A stretch of 64,000 nucleotides of DNA from Gammaproteobacteria bacterium (GCA_021773245.1 JAJFKK010000124.1:31336-95335); one strand, 5' to 3'. Shown: positions 53,014 to 61,863, counted from the stretch's first letter. Notes: generated by a model not told the origin, from the sequence alone. Numbers and translations: made by a program.

Positions 53014-53856
53014 ATGTCTATTAAGCTTTCACCTGTTGATAAAGTTTCGTCTATCGAACAGGAATCATTTCTTGCTTCATATTATAAACCTTTAAAGCCT
53101 GTTGTTATTCAGGAACCTTCAAAACCATGGCCGGCATTTAAAAAGTGGACTCCGGAATTCTTTAAAGAGCAGCATGGTAACAAACAAGTCAAAGTTTATG
53201 ACGGCAGTTTTGTTGTGGCTGGAAAGAATTATATGTCTAATGCAAAAACTATATCTTTTAAAAAGTATATTGATTTAGTAATGACGACTTCACAAGATCT
53301 TCGTATGTTTCTCTACAATATTAAATCAGAAATTCCAGAGTTAGTTGATGATATTAATTTTCCAACATTAATTAATAATGTTTCAAAAAGTTTTGTATTT
53401 ATGTTTTTCGGTTGTAAAAATTCAGTAACACAAATGCATTTTGATATTGATATGTCGCATGTTTTCCATACAGCGATACGTGGCCGAAAAACAGTTTATT
53501 TATTTCCTTATGAAGAGTCTAAAAACCTACACCGCTATCCGTTTACCTGTAGAAGTTATGTTGATGTTGAAAAACCGGATTTTGAAAAATACCCCGGGTT
53601 GAGAAAAGCACAAGGCTATAAGGTTCAGCTTGAAGCAGGCGAGACCTTATATATTCCGAGCGGTTATTGGCATCACTTTGTTTATGATGAAGCAGCTTAT
53701 GCAATATCGCTTCGATGTGCTAATCAGACATTGTTGGGTAAAGTTCATGGCTTTTATAATTTAATCATAATGCAAAGCATTGATCGTATAATGAATAAAA
53801 TCTTTCCGAAGAATTGGTTTGAGTGGAAAGAGGAACAAGCGTTAAAAGCTAATTAA
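53014..53856 (+). CDS. JmjC/cupin-8 Fe(II)/2OG oxygenase
   Basis: KPVVI..WPAFKKWT, TQMHFD, GETLYIPSGYWH (HxD...H triad). Confidence 0.88.
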   Translation: MSIKLSPVDKVSSIEQESFLASYYKPLKPVVIQEPSKPWPAFKKWTPEFFKEQHGNKQVKVYDGSFVVAGKNYMSNAKTISFKKYIDLVMTTSQDLRMFLYNIKSEIPELVDDINFPTLINNVSKSFVFMFFGCKNSVTQMHFDIDMSHVFHTAIRGRKTVYLFPYEESKNLHRYPFTCRSYVDVEKPDFEKYPGLRKAQGYKVQLEAGETLYIPSGYWHHFVYDEAAYAISLRCANQTLLGKVHGFYNLIIMQSIDRIMNKIFPKNWFEWKEEQALKAN

Positions 53857-53863
53857 TTTGAAA

Positions 53864-54376
53864 TCAAGCTAAAATTAATTCTTTAATTATTCTCCATTCT
53901 GAAAGTTTTTTCTCTCTACTCATAGCAGCATGTGCTGGACTAGTAGAAGGTAATTTGTGAAACGTTAAGTTTTCAGCATCTTTTAAAGTTTTTAAAACTT
54001 CTTTCTTAAAAAGTTGTTCTGCCTTAGCGCCATTAAAGAATACATTATTTATTTTCGGAAACTTTATAAAGAACGATTTAAAATCATTAGCTTCAATTGT
54101 TGATGGGTCAATATCTGAATCAAGACTGCCTTTTCGATAGCAACTTTTTAATACATCCCATAATGCAATATTGTTGTCGTACAATAATTGCTTACGTTGC
54201 TCATAATTTATTTTTTCATCAGAATTAAATAACTCACATATTATAGGCCAAAAACTATTACGTGGATGAGCATAGTATTGGTTTTCATCAAGTGATTTTT
54301 GTCCCGGCATAGAGCCGAGTATCAGTATCGTTGCATCTGGTTTTGCTATAGAAGGAAAGCCATTACTATCTGTCAT
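53864..54376 (-). CDS. DNA-deoxyinosine glycosylase (UDG superfamily)
   Basis: ILGSMPG, QYYAHPRNSFW, ALWDV, GSLDS, LPSTSPA. Confidence 0.88.
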   Translation of the reverse strand: MTDSNGFPSIAKPDATILILGSMPGQKSLDENQYYAHPRNSFWPIICELFNSDEKINYEQRKQLLYDNNIALWDVLKSCYRKGSLDSDIDPSTIEANDFKSFFIKFPKINNVFFNGAKAEQLFKKEVLKTLKDAENLTFHKLPSTSPAHAAMSREKKLSEWRIIKELILA

Positions 54377-54390
54377 TTATGTTTTCCCAT

Positions 54391-54423
54391 AAAAAAAGCC
54401 GCATCATGATGATGCGGCTTTTT
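54391..54423 (-). terminator. Rho-independent terminator after hppA (possibly bidirectional)
   Basis: AAAAAAAGCCGCATC-ATGAT-GATGCGGCTTTTT. Confidence 0.85.
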
Positions 54424-54440
54424 ACTAATAGCAGTACAAT

Positions 54441-56480
54441 CTAAACTAACAATGGAGCAATCACTAAACTAACAATTGCCATTACATTAATCAGAATGTT
54501 CATTGCTGGACCAGAGGTATCCTTTAATGGATCACCAACGGTATCACCAACAACAACAGCAGCATGAAGATCTGTTCCTTTGCCACCAAGGTTACCTTTT
54601 TCAACATACTTCTTAGCGTTGTCCCAGGCACCACCCGCGTTTGCCATCATCAGTGCCATCATCACACAACAGATTAATGCGCCGCCCAACATGCCGCCTA
54701 AAGCTTGTGGACCAAGACCGAAGCCAACGACAACAGGAGCAAGTACCGCTAGTGAACCCGGAGCAATCATGCGTTTTAATGCAGCACGAGTTGCAATATC
54801 AATACAACGTGCATTATCAGGTTGTGCTGTACCTTCCATTAAACCAGGGATTTCTTTGAATTGGCGACGTATTTCCTTAATCATTTCAAAAGCCGCATCA
54901 CCAACCGCTGTCATGGTCATAGAGCTAACCAGGAATGGAAAAATACCGCCAAGGAACATGCCGCAAAGAACAATTGGATCATCAATTCTTAAGATAAGCT
55001 CTTCGCTTCCTCCAGATGCTTCATGTAAGGCTAGAGACACTTTCTCAATATAAGCACTGATTAATGCCAGCGCTGCAAGTGCAGCCGCACCAATAGCAAA
55101 GCCCTTACCGATTGCAGCAGTAGTATTTCCTACTTCATCAAGTGAATCAGTAATCTCACGTGTCTCTTTACCCATCCCAGACATTTCCGCAATACCACCG
55201 GCGTTATCTGCAACGGGGCCATACGCGTCAATTGCCATGGTAATGCCAACAGTACTCAACATACCAACAGCTGCAATACCAACACCGTAAAGACCAGCAT
55301 AATGACTCGCTGTAAAGATAATGGCGCAGATTGTAATAACAGGGATAGCTACCGATTGCATGCCTATTGCTAGACCACTAATCATCACGGTAGCAGGTCC
55401 TGTTTCACCGTCTTTTGCAATCTTTCTGACTGGAGCACCGCCGGTGTAATACTCGGTGACAAGGCCGATAACAATACCGCCTAAAGCACCTGAAATTACA
55501 GCTATCCAAACATTGGTAGAAGCTCCCATGTAACAAATCAATACATATGCAGCGATGATAAAAATAATAGAAGAACCCATCGTACCAATACGTAATGCTG
55601 TTTCAGGGCTTTTTGATGAAAAAAGTTTTACTGAGTAAATACCTATCATCGAACAAATCAAACCAACAGAAGCAAGGGCTAATGGCATAAAGGTTAATGT
55701 GCCTGTATCGCCTTCAGGTGCTAAGTTAGCTACTTCGGCTAAAGTCATCGTAGCTGCTAGAGCAATCGTTGCGATCATCGCACCACAATATGATTCAAAA
55801 ATATCAGAACCCATACCGGCAACGTCACCGACATTATCACCAACGTTATCTGCAATAACGCCAGGGTTACGTGGGTCATCTTCTGGGATGCCCGCTTCAA
55901 TCTTACCAACCAAATCAGCACCGACGTCAGCACACTTGGTAAAAATACCGCCACCAACACGTGAGAACAAAGCAACTGAAGATGCGCCCATAGCGAAACC
56001 TTCAATAGCGTGAATAGTATGTGTATCACCTGCGAAGAAATAGTAAAGAATACCAACACCAAATAAGCCCATTGCTGCAACTGTTAGTCCCATAATAGAA
56101 CCACCGAAGAATGCAATGTTTAAGGCTTCAGCTGCACCTTTGGTGTTCGCAGCAACCGCTGTTCTAACGTTAGCGTGAGTTGCGGTATACATGCCCCAAT
56201 AGCCCGCTGAACCTGAGCATACTGCACCAAGTAAAAAGGCCAATGCGGTATTCATACCTAAATCAGACATAGCAATCGCAGTAATACAAACTACGCAAAA
56301 TATAGCTAAACGTTTATATTCGCTGTTCATAAAGACCATTGCGCCTAAATGGATAGCATCAGAAATTTCTTTTAATTTTCCCTCACCGGCAGGTGATTTT
56401 TTAATACTGACAAAAACTAGAAAAGCGGCAAAAAGGCCGAATATGCCCAAACCAATGGGTATAAAAGCAATTGAATTCAT
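54441..56480 (-). CDS. hppA: Membrane ion-pumping pyrophosphatase, K+-dependent (probably Na+)
   Basis: [30 protein letters not shown] (Ala marks K+-dependent type), [10 protein letters not shown]. Confidence 0.93.
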   Translation of the reverse strand: MNSIAFIPIGLGIFGLFAAFLVFVSIKKSPAGEGKLKEISDAIHLGAMVFMNSEYKRLAIFCVVCITAIAMSDLGMNTALAFLLGAVCSGSAGYWGMYTATHANVRTAVAANTKGAAEALNIAFFGGSIMGLTVAAMGLFGVGILYYFFAGDTHTIHAIEGFAMGASSVALFSRVGGGIFTKCADVGADLVGKIEAGIPEDDPRNPGVIADNVGDNVGDVAGMGSDIFESYCGAMIATIALAATMTLAEVANLAPEGDTGTLTFMPLALASVGLICSMIGIYSVKLFSSKSPETALRIGTMGSSIIFIIAAYVLICYMGASTNVWIAVISGALGGIVIGLVTEYYTGGAPVRKIAKDGETGPATVMISGLAIGMQSVAIPVITICAIIFTASHYAGLYGVGIAAVGMLSTVGITMAIDAYGPVADNAGGIAEMSGMGKETREITDSLDEVGNTTAAIGKGFAIGAAALAALALISAYIEKVSLALHEASGGSEELILRIDDPIVLCGMFLGGIFPFLVSSMTMTAVGDAAFEMIKEIRRQFKEIPGLMEGTAQPDNARCIDIATRAALKRMIAPGSLAVLAPVVVGFGLGPQALGGMLGGALICCVMMALMMANAGGAWDNAKKYVEKGNLGGKGTDLHAAVVVGDTVGDPLKDTSGPAMNILINVMAIVSLVIAPLLV

Positions 56481-56693
56481 TAAAGCTTCCTCTTGATTAA
56501 CTTACTATATAGTTATTATTGAGCGGACTGATTGTTCTAAATTATGTGCTCCCCGGGTCATTCTTATACCGATATCAAGACTTTCTGTAAAGCCAAGTCT
56601 CTGCAAAGCGGCATATTTCCTTATCATCCCAAAATATTTTGTGCACGAAGTAATTTTATTTATAATATTTAGTCATAAATTCTATTAAATTGG

Positions 56694-57185
56694 GTGATAT
56701 TCATGATTAAACTGTCATATCGGCAATATTTACATGTTTTCATCATTTTCATCGCCTGCTTACCCGTAGCAGCGGAATCAATACGTGAATACCACCAACG
56801 ACAATGTGTGAAAGGTAATACAGTAAGTTGCGGTAAAGCAGCAGCAATGCTGGAAGGTGAGCGACATGCAGAGCGAATCGTTGAATTAGGTGACAACTTT
56901 GCAAAAACTGTAGATCGTTCAGCGCTGGAAGAGGGAAACAAACCGTTACTGAATGAGGCTTATACGGTTGTGCTTGCAGATTATTTTAAGCAAGAATCCG
57001 ACAATGGAATTAAAAGAGGAGTAGCAATTGATATCTTAGAGCTGTGCGCTAATCATTATCATGATCATTGGCGCAATCGAAAAATGTGGTGGCCGACGAA
57101 TGATGCTGGTGAACCGGATTGGTCAACGATATATTATTATATCGTTGAGCATTATTATGGTTATTGTTTGAGGCAATCGCTTTGA
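56694..57185 (+). CDS. Hypothetical exported protein
   Basis: Signal-peptide-like N-terminus, paired Cys, Trp/Tyr-rich C-terminus. Confidence 0.6.
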   Translation: MIFMIKLSYRQYLHVFIIFIACLPVAAESIREYHQRQCVKGNTVSCGKAAAMLEGERHAERIVELGDNFAKTVDRSALEEGNKPLLNEAYTVVLADYFKQESDNGIKRGVAIDILELCANHYHDHWRNRKMWWPTNDAGEPDWSTIYYYIVEHYYGYCLRQSL

Positions 57186-57207
57186 TAGCGATCGCTGTAT
57201 AAAGTTT

Positions 57208-57957
57208 TTAGGCAGCTTTTTTAAGTTTATTTGTCGCAATACCGACTTCAAGTGCTTCAAACCAGTCAAGAAAGCGTTTGACATCATCGCCTTTAAAAAT
57301 TCGACCATGTTGGGGAGCCATCATTTCTATATCAAGATTACGTACTCGCGCGACCCAATCATTTTTTGCTTTATTTGATGGCATCCAACGCTGATGGAAA
57401 AGTGTCATATTCTGAGTATGTGCATCGAAGTCTTCAACAAACATCCCTGAACCGGCTGGTTCAAGTGCTGCGCCAATATCACCACTCATTAATATTTTTG
57501 CATTTGAGTCATAAACATTATAATTGCCGGACGCGTGTAGATAATGCGCAGGTATAAAAACCAATTTGCTGTTGTTTAATTCCAGCTCACAACCCTCATC
57601 AGGAATACCCATGTACTCAATATTCTCGCAACCGAAGTGCCGAATAAATCCTTCCCATAACCAAGGTGCATGTAAACGAGCATGAGGTAATGCTTTATCC
57701 CATAAACCTAAAGAAGAAATAATATCTGGATCTTGATGAGAGGCAAAAATATCACTGATATCATCTAAACGAACATGTCGAGTGATGGAGGCTAGCATCG
57801 CTGAAAAGGTTTCTATTCCGCCGGGGTCTAATAACAAAGAACGGTTGCCGTCTTTAATTAGGTATTGATTGGTATCAATAATTTTTTCAGGTTTATCCGG
57901 ATCCCGACCAAAGAAAATCCACTGGTATCCTTTATCAAACAATATATTGTCGTTCAT
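57208..57957 (-). CDS. MBL-fold oxygen-binding di-iron protein (ODP-like)
   Basis: IDTNQY, LDPGG, SHQDPD, PAHYLH, SGDIG, HQRWM, PQHG; no flavodoxin domain. Confidence 0.82.
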   Translation of the reverse strand: MNDNILFDKGYQWIFFGRDPDKPEKIIDTNQYLIKDGNRSLLLDPGGIETFSAMLASITRHVRLDDISDIFASHQDPDIISSLGLWDKALPHARLHAPWLWEGFIRHFGCENIEYMGIPDEGCELELNNSKLVFIPAHYLHASGNYNVYDSNAKILMSGDIGAALEPAGSGMFVEDFDAHTQNMTLFHQRWMPSNKAKNDWVARVRNLDIEMMAPQHGRIFKGDDVKRFLDWFEALEVGIATNKLKKAA

Positions 57958-58001
57958 TTTTTACATTTCCTTAGCTGACATGTTTCTGTTTTGTGTGATA
58001 T

Positions 58002-58604
58002 TTAATTTAATAAGTCATCACAATCTTTAACGATCATTGCTATTTTACTTGTTGCCGTGTCCACGTTCTCAGCGACGACTCCCAGGCTGGTTTCGTGTTC
58101 TTCAGCTTGTGTGGCTTCAACTCTGGAGCAAGTGGATATCACTGCTGAAGCTCGCATTTGTGTTTTAATTTCAATTAATAAATCAACCAGTTTGCTTTTT
58201 TCTTTTTTTAAAGCGACGCCATGTTCGGAAAGTTCTTCTGAGGCCGCATCTATTAAGCGTTGTATCGATGATATTGCATCTTTGTCAGCATATTCTTTGG
58301 CAGTGAGAAACCTTTGATAGGCATCGTTTGCACGCAGTTCATCAACAGCAATTCTGGAGACTTCCAGTGCTTTAGTATTTATGCTTTTTACCAACGATAT
58401 CGTTTCGTGCCCCATTTCATCAATAAAGTCCGTAATAGGGCGGAAACCATTTGCCTTTTCGCCTGCCCGTTCGGCAATGGCTTTGGCATTTTTTGCCGCA
58501 AGTGAAATTTCCTTTGCGATGTGCATAACGGATATCAGGCTTCCGGCAACGGTTGCTGCTGAAGCAAAGAAAGGGCGTTCCTGTGTTCGTAGATTATTTT
58601 CCAT
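58002..58604 (-). CDS. Soluble divergent chemoreceptor-like signalling protein
   Basis: ISLAAKNAKAIAERAGEKANGF resembles MCP tip; no TM; adjacent to ODP. Confidence 0.7.
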   Translation of the reverse strand: MENNLRTQERPFFASAATVAGSLISVMHIAKEISLAAKNAKAIAERAGEKANGFRPITDFIDEMGHETISLVKSINTKALEVSRIAVDELRANDAYQRFLTAKEYADKDAISSIQRLIDAASEELSEHGVALKKEKSKLVDLLIEIKTQMRASAVISTCSRVEATQAEEHETSLGVVAENVDTATSKIAMIVKDCDDLLN

Positions 58605-58615
58605 AGTAAAAACAA

Positions 58616-58632
58616 AGCAATTACTATGCCTA
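58616..58632 (-). promoter_or_regulatory. Sigma54-type -24/-12 promoter
   Basis: Minus strand TAGGCAT-AGTAA-TTGCT (GG-N10-GC). Confidence 0.55.
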
Positions 58633-58685
58633 TTGAAGGAAGCTTCTTTCTAATAGAGAAGTGTGAAAAGAGGTATAAAGAACAT

Positions 58686-59234
58686 TTACGGTGATAGTAA
58701 ACTCTTGGTTTCAAATAAAGGTAAACCCATTACGCCGCTATAACTTCCCTCGAGTTGTTTAATAAAGACTGCTGCTTTTCCCTGAATGGCATAACCGCCG
58801 GCTTTGCCAATCGGTTCATTTGTTTCAACGTAATCGGCTATTTCTGTTTTTGTCAGTTTCTTGAATGTAACCTTACTTATACTAAGTAAAGTCTTCTCTT
58901 TTTTATGAATCAAACTGACTGCGGATAAAACAGTATGTGTCTTGTTTGACAATTTTTTCAGCATCGCAATCGCATCTTCTTTAGTCTCAGCCTTGCCTAA
59001 TATTTCGCCATCTAAAATAACAGCAGTATCGGCGGCTAAAACAGGAAAATCTTCATCGCTAAACGCATTTCCTGCGCGCGCTTTTTCCAAGGCAATGCGT
59101 TGAACATAATTTTCAGGCGTTTCTTTACTATCCCAACTTTCATCTATATCGATATCAATCAGTTCATGTTCAACACCAATTTGATCGAGCAATTCTCGAC
59201 GACGGGGAGATCTTGAAGCAAGATAGATTTTCAT
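58686..59234 (-). CDS. maf: Maf/YhdE nucleotide pyrophosphatase
   Basis: LASRSPRRRELL, LAADT, KAGGYAIQG, GSYSGVMGLPL. Confidence 0.95.
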   Translation of the reverse strand: MKIYLASRSPRRRELLDQIGVEHELIDIDIDESWDSKETPENYVQRIALEKARAGNAFSDEDFPVLAADTAVILDGEILGKAETKEDAIAMLKKLSNKTHTVLSAVSLIHKKEKTLLSISKVTFKKLTKTEIADYVETNEPIGKAGGYAIQGKAAVFIKQLEGSYSGVMGLPLFETKSLLSP

Positions 59235-59249
59235 GCGTTAATCTTTTTC

Positions 59250-59410
59250 TAGAGGCATGATATTTGGAAATGCAGGAATTAGAGTGCTTCTGTTTTTATT
59301 CAGAACAAGACGCGACGACGCGCATGGCCATCCCCTGCAAGAAGGAGCAACGATGTTCTGGATGAAAACAGAGGTGCTATAAACTTGCATTTCTAGATAT
59401 CATGTTTCTA
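59250..59410. mobile_element. Palindromic MITE/RPE-like element between rdgC and maf
   Basis: Long hairpin; homologous to reverse complement of 40042-40200; right arm includes the last rdgC codons and stop. Confidence 0.8.
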
Positions 59411-60299
59411 TGCCGCCAAATTCTTCAAGTAACTCTTTAATGAACTCATGTAACTGTAACACCATCACAGCAAAGTCTTGGTCAAACTGAGTTGCTCTAT
59501 CATCAGCTTCGCCTTCAGCTTGTTCTTGAATAATTTCTTCAAAACGAACACGTTTAATAGCAAAGTCATCCGATAAAACAAAACGAATTGCATCACGCCA
59601 AATCATTGCAAGTTGCGTAACACGTTTACCTGCTTTTAAATGACTTAATACTTCAGCGCTTTCCAGCTCCTGATTTTTACAACGAACGACGTTTTTACTT
59701 TCGCGAGGGTTCTGTAATTCACATTCATTATCAAGTTCAAATATTTTTGGCGCAGTGTCCTGTAACCAATGCGTCATAATATTTGCTGCATCACCATGAC
59801 ACTTTAAAGGCACGACAGGTAGGCTGCCTAAGGTTGCGCGTAGATGGTCCATAAATTCTTCAGCCTTATTCGCACTGGCAGAATCAATAATTAATAATTT
59901 ATGTTTAGGATCAAAATAGGCATAAACCAGATAGGAGCGCGTTAATGCACGTGGTAATAAGGAATGAATGACATCTTCTTTAAGAGTACGTTTTTCCTGA
60001 CGGTAAATAGGGCGCGTTTGTTCCTGTTCAAAATCAAGCACCTTCTCATCAACTACTTCGTTCACAGCTGCAGGAGGCAAGATCTTTTCTTGTTTACGCG
60101 CACAGATCATGACGTAATCACCGGTACGATGCGTATACATCTCGCTGTTCTTGCCTAAAGGCGGCACCCAGCCATATTTGGAAAAATCCATATTCGCGCA
60201 AGGGGTAAAGTTTTGCTCTGCTAAGGCGTCTTCTAACGTTTCAGGAGAAATATCAATATCTTTAGTAAGACGGTAAATACGAAGGTTTTTGAACCACAT
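59400..60299 (-). CDS. rdgC: Recombination-associated protein RdgC
   Basis: MWFKNLRIYRL, GWVPP, EKILP, LLPRA, LGSLPVVP, FDQDF, EFGG. Confidence 0.95.
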   Translation of the reverse strand: MWFKNLRIYRLTKDIDISPETLEDALAEQNFTPCANMDFSKYGWVPPLGKNSEMYTHRTGDYVMICARKQEKILPPAAVNEVVDEKVLDFEQEQTRPIYRQEKRTLKEDVIHSLLPRALTRSYLVYAYFDPKHKLLIIDSASANKAEEFMDHLRATLGSLPVVPLKCHGDAANIMTHWLQDTAPKIFELDNECELQNPRESKNVVRCKNQELESAEVLSHLKAGKRVTQLAMIWRDAIRFVLSDDFAIKRVRFEEIIQEQAEGEADDRATQFDQDFAVMVLQLHEFIKELLEEFGGIET

Positions 60300-60376
60300 T
60301 ATTATTATCTATTCTGTTTTGAAAAAGAGGCGGATTATCTCGTACCTGAGCTTAGGTAAGCAAGAGAAATAAAGCC

Positions 60377-60413
60377 ATGACGCCTTGCGTTATATAACGG
60401 GGTGCGTTATGCT
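60377..60413 (+). promoter_or_regulatory. higBA promoter with two abutting operator palindromes
   Basis: ATGACG-N5-CGTTAT (60377-60393) and ATAACG-N5-CGTTAT (60394-60410) overlap TTGCGT-17-TATGCT. Confidence 0.65.
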
Positions 60414-60419
60414 TTATTG

Positions 60420-60701
60420 ATGATACGGAGTTTTAACTGCGAACAAACGGAATTGATCTGGAATGGTCAGGTAACTAGAAAATTACCTCATGCCATGCAG
60501 GCTGTAGCTCGTAGAAAATTAAGGATGATAAATAACTCTACCGTGTTGAATGATTTACGAATTCCGCCCGCTAATCGATTAGAAAAGCTGAAAGGAGGTA
60601 GAGCTGGACAATATAGCATTCGTATAAATAATCAGTGGCGAATATGTTTTGTCTGGGAAAATGGCGACGCATTAAGAGTCGAAATTGTTGATTATCACTA
60701 A
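60420..60701 (+). CDS. higB: HigB toxin (RelE/ParE family)
   Basis: MIRSF, ARRKL, DLRIPPANRLEKLKG, YSIRINNQWRICF, VEIVDYH. Confidence 0.94.
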   Translation: MIRSFNCEQTELIWNGQVTRKLPHAMQAVARRKLRMINNSTVLNDLRIPPANRLEKLKGGRAGQYSIRINNQWRICFVWENGDALRVEIVDYH

Positions 60702-60716
60702 TACAGGTTTATTGAA

Positions 60717-61007
60717 ATGAAGAAATTACCAAATATACACCCCGGTGAAATCTTGCTGGAAGAATTTTTGCTACCGATGGAAATTAGCCAAAATCGTATC
60801 GCGCGTGATATTGGTGTGCCACCAAGGCGAATTAATGAAATTGTGCATGGCAAACGATCAGTAACAGCAGATACCGCCGTTCGATTGGCAAAATATTTTA
60901 ATGTATCAGAATCATTTTGGATGGGATTGCAATCAGACTATGATGTTGAAGAAGCGCATCGTGTATTGGGAAAAAAATTAGATAAGATTCCATCTTATGC
61001 AGCATGA
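60717..61007 (+). CDS. higA: HigA antitoxin
   Basis: IHPGEIL.EEFL, RINEIVHGKR.VTADTA.RL, FWMGLQ. Confidence 0.94.
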   Translation: MKKLPNIHPGEILLEEFLLPMEISQNRIARDIGVPPRRINEIVHGKRSVTADTAVRLAKYFNVSESFWMGLQSDYDVEEAHRVLGKKLDKIPSYAA

Positions 61008-61016
61008 TAATTAAAT

Positions 61017-61298
61017 ATGAAATCGCCTGTAAAAAAATTATTAGAAAGTCACAAAAAGCTTATTCATTCAGAAATGATGAAAGTCACCTCGCATGTGCAA
61101 AGAGAAGATAAAGACAAGATCTGGTTGATTAATACAGTAACAATAGAAGGCTATGATGTGCCGTTTAGATTTAAACGAAAGAAACAATATCATAATCTTA
61201 AAGGAGCTTATGTGAATATGACTTATTATCCAATAGTCGAGAATGTTGGTGGGTTTGATATGGAGATTATGACTGTTGTTAGGATTAAGAAATCATAG
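61017..61298 (+). CDS. Hypothetical basic protein
   Basis: 93-aa ORF starting 9 nt after higA stop; SHVQRE, PFRFKRKK, VNMTYYP. Confidence 0.7.
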   Translation: MKSPVKKLLESHKKLIHSEMMKVTSHVQREDKDKIWLINTVTIEGYDVPFRFKRKKQYHNLKGAYVNMTYYPIVENVGGFDMEIMTVVRIKKS

Positions 61299-61333
61299 AT
61301 CTTGATTTCATTTTATTCGTAGTTTTTTTTAAC

Positions 61334-61361
61334 TTATGTTTCGCTATCAAGCGAAACATAA
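61334..61361. terminator. Hairpin between convergent genes (possible terminator)
   Basis: TTATGTTTCGCT-ATCA-AGCGAAACATAA, perfect 12-bp stem. Confidence 0.55.
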
Positions 61362-61390
61362 TCTTTAACGAAGGTATAAAATTAAAAGGA

Positions 61391-61861
61391 CTACTCGCGG
61401 TGATAAGGATGATTTTGCGTAATTGTCCATGCTCTATAAATTTGTTCAACCATCATTACTCTTACTAATCCATGCGGCAATGTCATTTCTGATAATGACC
61501 ACAATTGATGTGCTTTCTTTTTTATTGCGTCGCTTAATCCATCAGCGCCTCCAATAATAAAACTAATATGTTTGTTTTCGTCGTTCCAGTTTTGTAGTTG
61601 GTTTGCGAGTGATTGACTGCTGATTGATTTTCCGTGTTCGTCTAGTGCAATAATTAAACTGTTTGCTGCGAGTGTGGTGTTTATATTTTCTTCTTCTTTT
61701 AGTTTGTAGTTTTCTGCGCTGTTATTTTTGCCGCGAATGGCGGGATTGATTTCTATTAATTTAAAATTAATGTTTTTAGGCAATCGTTTTGCGTATTCCT
61801 TAAATCCTGATTCTATCCATGTTGGCATACGTTTGCCGACGGTGATTAAATCGATTTGCAT
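61391..61861 (-). CDS. rlmH: 23S rRNA m3psi1915 methyltransferase
   Basis: FIIGGADGL, SLSEMTLPH, EQIYRA, HPYHRE. Confidence 0.97.
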   Translation of the reverse strand: MQIDLITVGKRMPTWIESGFKEYAKRLPKNINFKLIEINPAIRGKNNSAENYKLKEEENINTTLAANSLIIALDEHGKSISSQSLANQLQNWNDENKHISFIIGGADGLSDAIKKKAHQLWSLSEMTLPHGLVRVMMVEQIYRAWTITQNHPYHRE

Positions 61862-61863
61862 AT

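Noticed and set aside
60388..60399. CGTTATATAACG as a ModE box
   Set aside because: No spacer between half-sites; better explained as the junction of two HigA-type palindromes
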